A stretch of DNA of 56,439 bases, filler included, from Dugesia japonica (taxonomy: Eukaryota), in assembly GCA_001938525.1 (NCBI GenBank). It is 5 parts of 5 records of this genome, joined end to end, with 100 filler letters (N's around TTAATTAATTAA, not from the genome) between each part and the next. Parts side by side here need not be neighbours in the genome. Positions count along the whole stretch, not along the records: positions 47,079 to 56,439 come from MQRL01539794.1; 4 more parts are not named here. One strand, given 5' to 3'. Of the stretch, positions 50,401-56,439 are shown in pieces. The position numbers and the translations under genes are program-made. Under the pieces are notes generated by a model, which searched no databases, was not told the origin of the DNA, and worked only from the letters and a program-made list of their open reading frames with translations. Position 1 is the first letter of the stretch. Every line of letters starts with the position of its first letter.

Positions 50401-50830
50401 TTCTTAATTATTTCGTTCAATGCATGATTGATCTCCGTGCTGGACATTTCTGATCTCGTTAAAGTTGATCTGATTTCATCGAATTCTATATATTCACTAT
50501 CATTTTCATTAATATTTCTGACTTTTCTATATTTATTGTTCTGCAGCATCGATCTCTATTTTGCATTTCTTACACACAATGAGTTTTTTACAATCTCTCA
50601 CAAAATGGCCAAAACTGTCACAGTTTAAGCATTTAAAATCTTTAATTTAGATATTTCTATCTCGACTTTCATTATTAATTCTTGTGTTATTCACTCCTGA
50701 TCTATTTCTTCCATTCTTTATATCTCTAGATAGTCTGACTATCATTTGTTCCAATTCTGACAACTTCTGTTTTAGTGCACGTACTTCGTCTGATAAGTCA
50801 TATGATGTTTTAATTTTTGTCTGAGATTTT
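47450..50830 (-). mobile_element. Degenerate Ty3/Gypsy gag-pol
   Basis: CCHC-like knuckle near 50600, LIDSKA protease, SESPWNAP..DIRLCVD and LDLSNGYY (RT), YTDAS..ELLAI..RTDHKAL (RNase H), and integrase HHCC plus IDITGP. Confidence 0.92.
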
Positions 50831-50879
50831 AAGAAAAATATTTAATTAAGAAAAGTTATTAAATTATAATTATAAATAT

Positions 50880-52901
50880 TAGACAGCTCAATGAAGTAAC
50901 AGAAAGACAAGCTTTTCTTATGCCAAATGTGGACGAAATGCTGGATGCTTTGAAAGGTACGCAGTAATTTAGCTTAATAGACTTGGGAAATGCATACTAT
51001 CAAGTGGAACTCAGTGAAGATTCTCAAGAGAAGATGGCTTTTTCGACCAAACAAGGGCAATTTTGTTTCAATAGAATGCCTTTTGGAATTGCAGCAGCAC
51101 CAGGAATATTCCTGGAAATGATGAATATAGTGATCGGGAAAATAAAAGGAGCAATGGTTTATCTAGACGATATTCTCATATTTACCTAATCAATGGAACA
51201 ACACTATGAAATAATCAATAAAGTATTGAAAGAAATTAAGAATGCTGGTCAAATTTTTGGGACACGTTATCAGTAAAGAAGGTTTCAAAACAGATCCAAC
51301 TAAGATAGAAGCAATTAAGAACTTACTATCGCAAGTTTATTAAAGATTTTTCGAAAAAGCTAGATTGCTGGAACAACCGTGTAGTGGGCCGAGTAACAAG
51401 AAAATTGAATGGCCAAACGAACTAGAAATTTTTGTTAATGGAATGAAAGTAGCACTTATGATATCTCCAATATTATGTTTTCCAGATATCAATAGAGGAT
51501 TTTTTTTGGACACGATTACGAGTTTTGATACGATTGAGGTAGTACTATCTTAAAAGGACACTAATGGGAAGAAAGAGTAATTGCATATGAGTCATGAGAA
51601 AGGATATTGTAATACGTGCAAAGAATTACTCGCAATTTACTACTTTATTCATTTCAAACATTACTTATATGGGAAGAAATTTATCCTCAGAACAAACTAT
51701 AAAGCTATCACTTTTATGCTAAATACCAAGAAACCGATTACACCACAGTTTCAAACTTGGATTAATTATTTGAGCAGTCTAGATATTAAATTGAAATATA
51801 GAAAAGGATCGCCTGATACGAATGCGGATATGTTTGCAACGAATAAATGCGATACATGTGCACAATGGCACACGAAGATCCCAAAAGTGGAACATTAAAA
51901 TCAAGGATGTTAAATACAGTAGATATTTAAGAGAAACAAGGCAATTTTGGTGAAAATGATGAAGGAACATGGATATCTCATGATAAAGTAGAAGAAGTTA
52001 TAATGAGGATACCATCTTTTGTGTCATGCTGGAGCAGAAAAGGTAGCAGCTTATATGAAGCATAAATATAACGCGAAACATTTGTGGAGCAAAGTACATG
52101 AGGTTGTCCGAAGTTGTATAACATGCCAGAAAGCTAAAGTATTGACAACAAAAACGAAGGAAGAAACAAAAAAGATGCGGCCATCTGAAATGTTTGAACT
52201 GTGATTTATAGATGTGTATAGACCACTGCCGGAGACAAGAGGCCGGAAAAAATATGTTCTCGGTATAATAGATCAATGCAGTAAGAATGTAGCCTTGATA
52301 GCAATGACAGGACAAGATGAAGATACCATATGGAAACCAATAATGGAGAAGTGGATATTAAAGTTCGTGTGTCCGAGAGAAATTAGAGTTGATTGTGGAA
52401 GAGCATTTGAGTCTAAATCAATGAAAGATTTTGCAATTGAACATGGAATTACCCTCAAATTCTCGAGTCCTTATCATCATAACACAAATGGACAAATCGA
52501 GAAGCAGTTTAGAACTATGAGGGATAAATGCAACACTTAAAGAAAGGAAAACCTCAAATTGTTGCAAGAGATAGAATTTTCTTTAAATGCTACAAAACAG
52601 AAGAGCATTGGGAAAAGCCCTGCTTAAATCGTATTTGGGAAGAAAATAAGCAGAGAAAAATGGTACAAAACAGATACTCAAAAAGCGCACAAAGAGCAAG
52701 ATGAAAAGAAACTAACCAAAAGACAAATCGAGATCGGTGATGAGGTTTTAGTGAAATTTGAAACAAAAACCAAGATCGTTTTGAAGGACCATATAAGTTC
52801 AAAGGAAAGTTCCACGACAGGCGTTACATCCTTGCAGATACAAACGGAAAAAGTCTCGAAAGAAACATACAGAAGATCAAAAAATTTCTTAAAAAGGGGG
52901 A
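50880..52901 (+). mobile_element. Degenerate Ty3/Gypsy pol (RT, RNase H, integrase), related to the 3900-6305 element
   Basis: GNAYYQVEL, RMPFGIAAAP, YLDD, ITPQFQTWINYLSSLD, integrase HHCC, VDCGRAF and SSPYHHNTNGQIE; PPT AAAAAGGGGGA at 52891-52901. Confidence 0.93.
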
Positions 52902-53236
52902 TGCGAGGATTTTTTGAAAAGCGAGTTGAAATTTTTGTGTGGTTGGTGATTGTTTTCTTGAAATCTTTTTTGAAAAAGATTTAAATTTATATGAAAAATT
53001 AAATGACGAATAAATTGTTTTAAATTTTGAAATTAAGTTTTAAAAAATAAATTGAAAATTTTTTTTAAAATCTGAATAAAAAATCAAATGACTTTAAATA
53101 GATTTTAAAAGAATTTAAGAAACGATCACCAATTTAAAACAGGAATTTAATTTGTTTAAAAACACAATTAGTGTTGTTATAGTTTTTATTTTAATAAATT
53201 TTATAGAGTTGAATTTTGATGTTGATAATCCTACGA
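52902..53236 (+). mobile_element. 3' LTR of the Gypsy element
   Basis: TGCGAGGATT follows the PPT; an inverted terminus AATCCTACG lies at ~53227-53235. Confidence 0.6.
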
Positions 53237-54186
53237 GTTCTCAAAACTCACTTAACAAAGATAATTATAACAATAAAAATAGTTGTCTGTAATTGGTTAC
53301 TATTGAATAATAAAAACCGCAAAATAAATTTATTTCTCTTAGGTTTTTATATAAATTAAATTTATTTTAAAAAGTTATTTCAAATTTATGATCATTTTTG
53401 ATGAATTTTTAAGTTATTTTGAATCTTGATTATTTACAATTTAGTTTTCCTACATTAAATAATTTATTTGCTTTTATAATTTAATTGTTTTAATTCATTC
53501 TAACTTTGATCGTTTGATAACTTTGAATCATTTTTCCATAAATAATTTCTGTCGAATAGATATTCAATCGATATACATGTTTTCGTAATCTATGTTAAAG
53601 CTAGGAATAATTACTGAAATAATTACTGAAATTATTTGTACGATTAAATTTTATCATTTATTGTTTTCAGCTTAATTAAGTCGATTTAATTTTCTGTAGC
53701 AAATAAAAATTGTTAAGTACATAACATGAATTATAATTTTGATTTTAAATAATTTGAAAAATTTTTTATCCAAGAAAATTTTATCAATAAAAATTTTTTT
53801 TCGCAAATTTTGCCAAAGTTACATTCCAAACTAAAAATGAAAAGTATAGATCAAAATAAGAGTTTTATTATTGATTATATCTCCAAGTTTTCGACTTGTA
53901 ATTTAGTAATTAATGTATGAAATTTGATTTTGATATAATTATTGTAAAAAAACAATTTTTAGGAGTGATTTTCGGTCAAGATTTAATTTCGTTTTTAAAA
54001 TTTTCTTATTTGTTTTTGTAAAATAGATTTTTTAATTTAATTTTTAAGAGATAATTTAACTAATATTAATCAAATGTAAAGAATTTCAACTTAAAATGTT
54101 AAACTTCATTAAATAGTAATTAAAATGTTTCGAAAAAATCTCTTTTAAAATTAAGCAAAATACATACAAAATAAAATAAATTTAAA

Positions 54187-54414
54187 CCCTTTTAGACCTG
54201 ACATGTTATCTTTATGAAAAAATAATTTTTTATAGAATTCTGTAAAGTGGGACAACGCGGATGAGAAAAATAATGTGAATATAATGTCAGCAGATAAATA
54301 AATTATATGTGCACCATGATGTGTCAAAGGTCCCAGTGATAATAAAACGAAAATAACCTTCAAAACTAACGTTTAAATTATTGTACATTGCAATGTGCTC
54401 TGGGTCTAAAAGGG
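54187..54414. mobile_element. piggyBac-type MITE
   Basis: TIRs CCCTTTTAGACC / GGTCTAAAAGGG with TTAA-like flanks. Confidence 0.8.
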
Positions 54415-54432
54415 TTAAATTAATTTGATTTA

Positions 54433-55399
54433 TTAGGTTGTTCGGAAAGTTATTTCTTGAAAAATATATAAATATTTTTTTGAATTATATTCTGACTATT
54501 TCGGTTCGTTATCTTTTGTCATTTTTTTCGGTAGTAGCATAATTCCATGCTTATAAAACTTCTGATCTTTTTTTCAAAAATTAACTCAAGTAATTCTCGA
54601 TGTCCTAATATGAAGTAAGTGTTTTGCGGTAAAAAAAAATTATAAAGACCAGAACAAGTAATAATTCGAAGGTGCAAATATGGTAGACGAAAGCAAATCC
54701 CATGCAATCTATAATAGATTTTGACGAATTACTAAACTTGTGTAACGTCTGGCATTATCATTGTAAAACACTGCAGTTTTTATATATAATGGAATCACTC
54801 TAACTGCCCCGTTGATAGTAGTTCATTTCCAAATTAATTATTGTAATGTTTGGTAAAAGCTCGAAAAATAATTTCCTTAAAATCCAACAAAACGGTGAGC
54901 TTCACTTTTTTGATGAATATTCACTTAACAGCATTCTTACCTTTTAATAAAAAGGCGAAATTGGCCGAAATACTTTTTTCGATTGTCTAAATTTCATTTG
55001 AAAAATAGAATTTGCAAAGATTGAGTCAAAAATATAAAAACCTTTGAAACATCATTGTCGAAATATATAAAGACAATAAAGTTTAGAATGACGTTGACTG
55101 GTTTAAAATACAATAATTGAATTTAATTATCTATAATTACAAATTATTGCGAGAATAATTGTTGGACTTAATCATTGACCGCATTTGAGATTTCATTGAA
55201 ATAATAGCTTCGATGAAATTGTTGTTTTTCAGATACTCGATAAAAAGGAATATTGATATTCCTGAAGACAATAGTCGAAAATTCGGATATCTACTAAACA
55301 ACAATTTGATCGAAGCTATTATTTTAATGAAATCTTAATTCTCTATATTAAAAAACAAATCAATTAATTTCATTCAGAGAACTTTTTCGAATAATTTTA
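54433..55399 (-). mobile_element. mariner transposon remnant
   Basis: TA|TTAGGTTGTTCGGAAAGTT TIR with a degenerate partner at ~55380-55399. Minus-strand motifs FYNDNA, APSNYYLF and KDQKFYKHGIMLLP. Confidence 0.82.
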
Positions 55400-56439
55400 T
55401 ATTTAATATATACATACACTTAAAACAGTATTAATACTCCAGTTTATGGAAAATATGAATGTTTTTTATTATAAATCAATAATAAATAAATATAAGCTCT
55501 AATGACAATGTTCTACTAAATCAAGAACTTATAAAATTATTTTGCAAAAAATTTCATTAGTTCATAAAATTTTATTGGTTCTATAGATTTCAAATTTTAT
55601 TTTACTTCGTATTATTAATTTTTTAATAATTTATTAAAATTAGTTCATCTCTCTGTTTTACAACAAATTTAATTTAATTTATAAAATTTATTGTAATTGT
55701 TTTTAGTTTTGTAAAAGAGTTGCTTTGTTAAAAATAATGTAATCAATATGATTTTTTCCCGAAATCAAAATTATAATTATTGTATTAATTTTATTAATAT
55801 TTCAAATAATTTTGTGAGTTAATGAAATTTAAAATATTTCTCATTTAAAATGTAGTTATACAATAAAATGTACTTCTAATAATTAACTGAAAAGATTTTG
55901 TTTATTGTTCATGAAATATTATCAAAATTTAATTCTCATTGATTTTCTCCTAACACAAGTGATATGAAAGAAATGGTTTCGAGCCTCTTGAAAAATGACT
56001 AAAGAACATATTAGGTTCTAAATAGATTTTGCTTAGATTTAATTGTGATTGTTGAAATAATAATCGCAATCATCAGTATCAGTATTTCATTTTTTCTGAA
56101 ATTATTTCATTCTGCGAGTATGGTTTATTTTTTTTGTTGGTCAAGCATAGTTGGTTATTGTGCGATTCAATATTATTTCCAATTGGTGAATTTGCAAATA
56201 TGACCAAAAATCTACAGCACCAATGAAACAGTTTTTATTTAATCATCTAAAATAATAAATGTGGTTTTATAAAATTTCATCATTAAACCAACATTTTCAA
56301 AAAATAATTATAGAAATATCAAGATGTAAAAACACTTATCAATAAAACATAAAACGAAATTATATACAGGTTTTATTGGCCAGTATATAAACAATTTCCT
56401 TCTTATTTTACCACAGTAACTGACGATGGACATAGATTT

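Overview
Very AT-rich eukaryotic (animal) genomic DNA with short (~45-55 nt) GT-AG introns. A triclad flatworm is a plausible source, but that is inference only. The window is a stitched assembly: four N-flanked TTAATTAATTAA linkers (13977, 29092, 38735, 47023) mean the segments may not be contiguous. Two intact conserved host genes are recognisable, both on the minus strand: ZC3H15 (5 exons) and TXNL4A/DIM1. The rest is mostly decayed mobile DNA: several Ty3/Gypsy remnants, an RTE-like LINE with C2H2 fingers, pogo/Tigger and mariner transposases, hAT, piggyBac and Kolobok-like MITEs, and Polinton/Maverick fragments (pPolB, major and minor capsid). Three things stand out. (1) A CRESS-DNA-virus-type Rep/SF3-helicase gene carries six host-sized spliceosomal introns, one splitting Walker A; it has an apparently dead HUH domain and an upstream ori-like hairpin. 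(2) A chuvirus-like glycoprotein is preceded by an ORF with ubiquitin-like and AT-hook motifs. (3) A long-LTR family appears four times; its LTRs carry protein-coding ORFs and a covarying RNA stem. All family assignments come from recognising motifs by eye; no searches were run.
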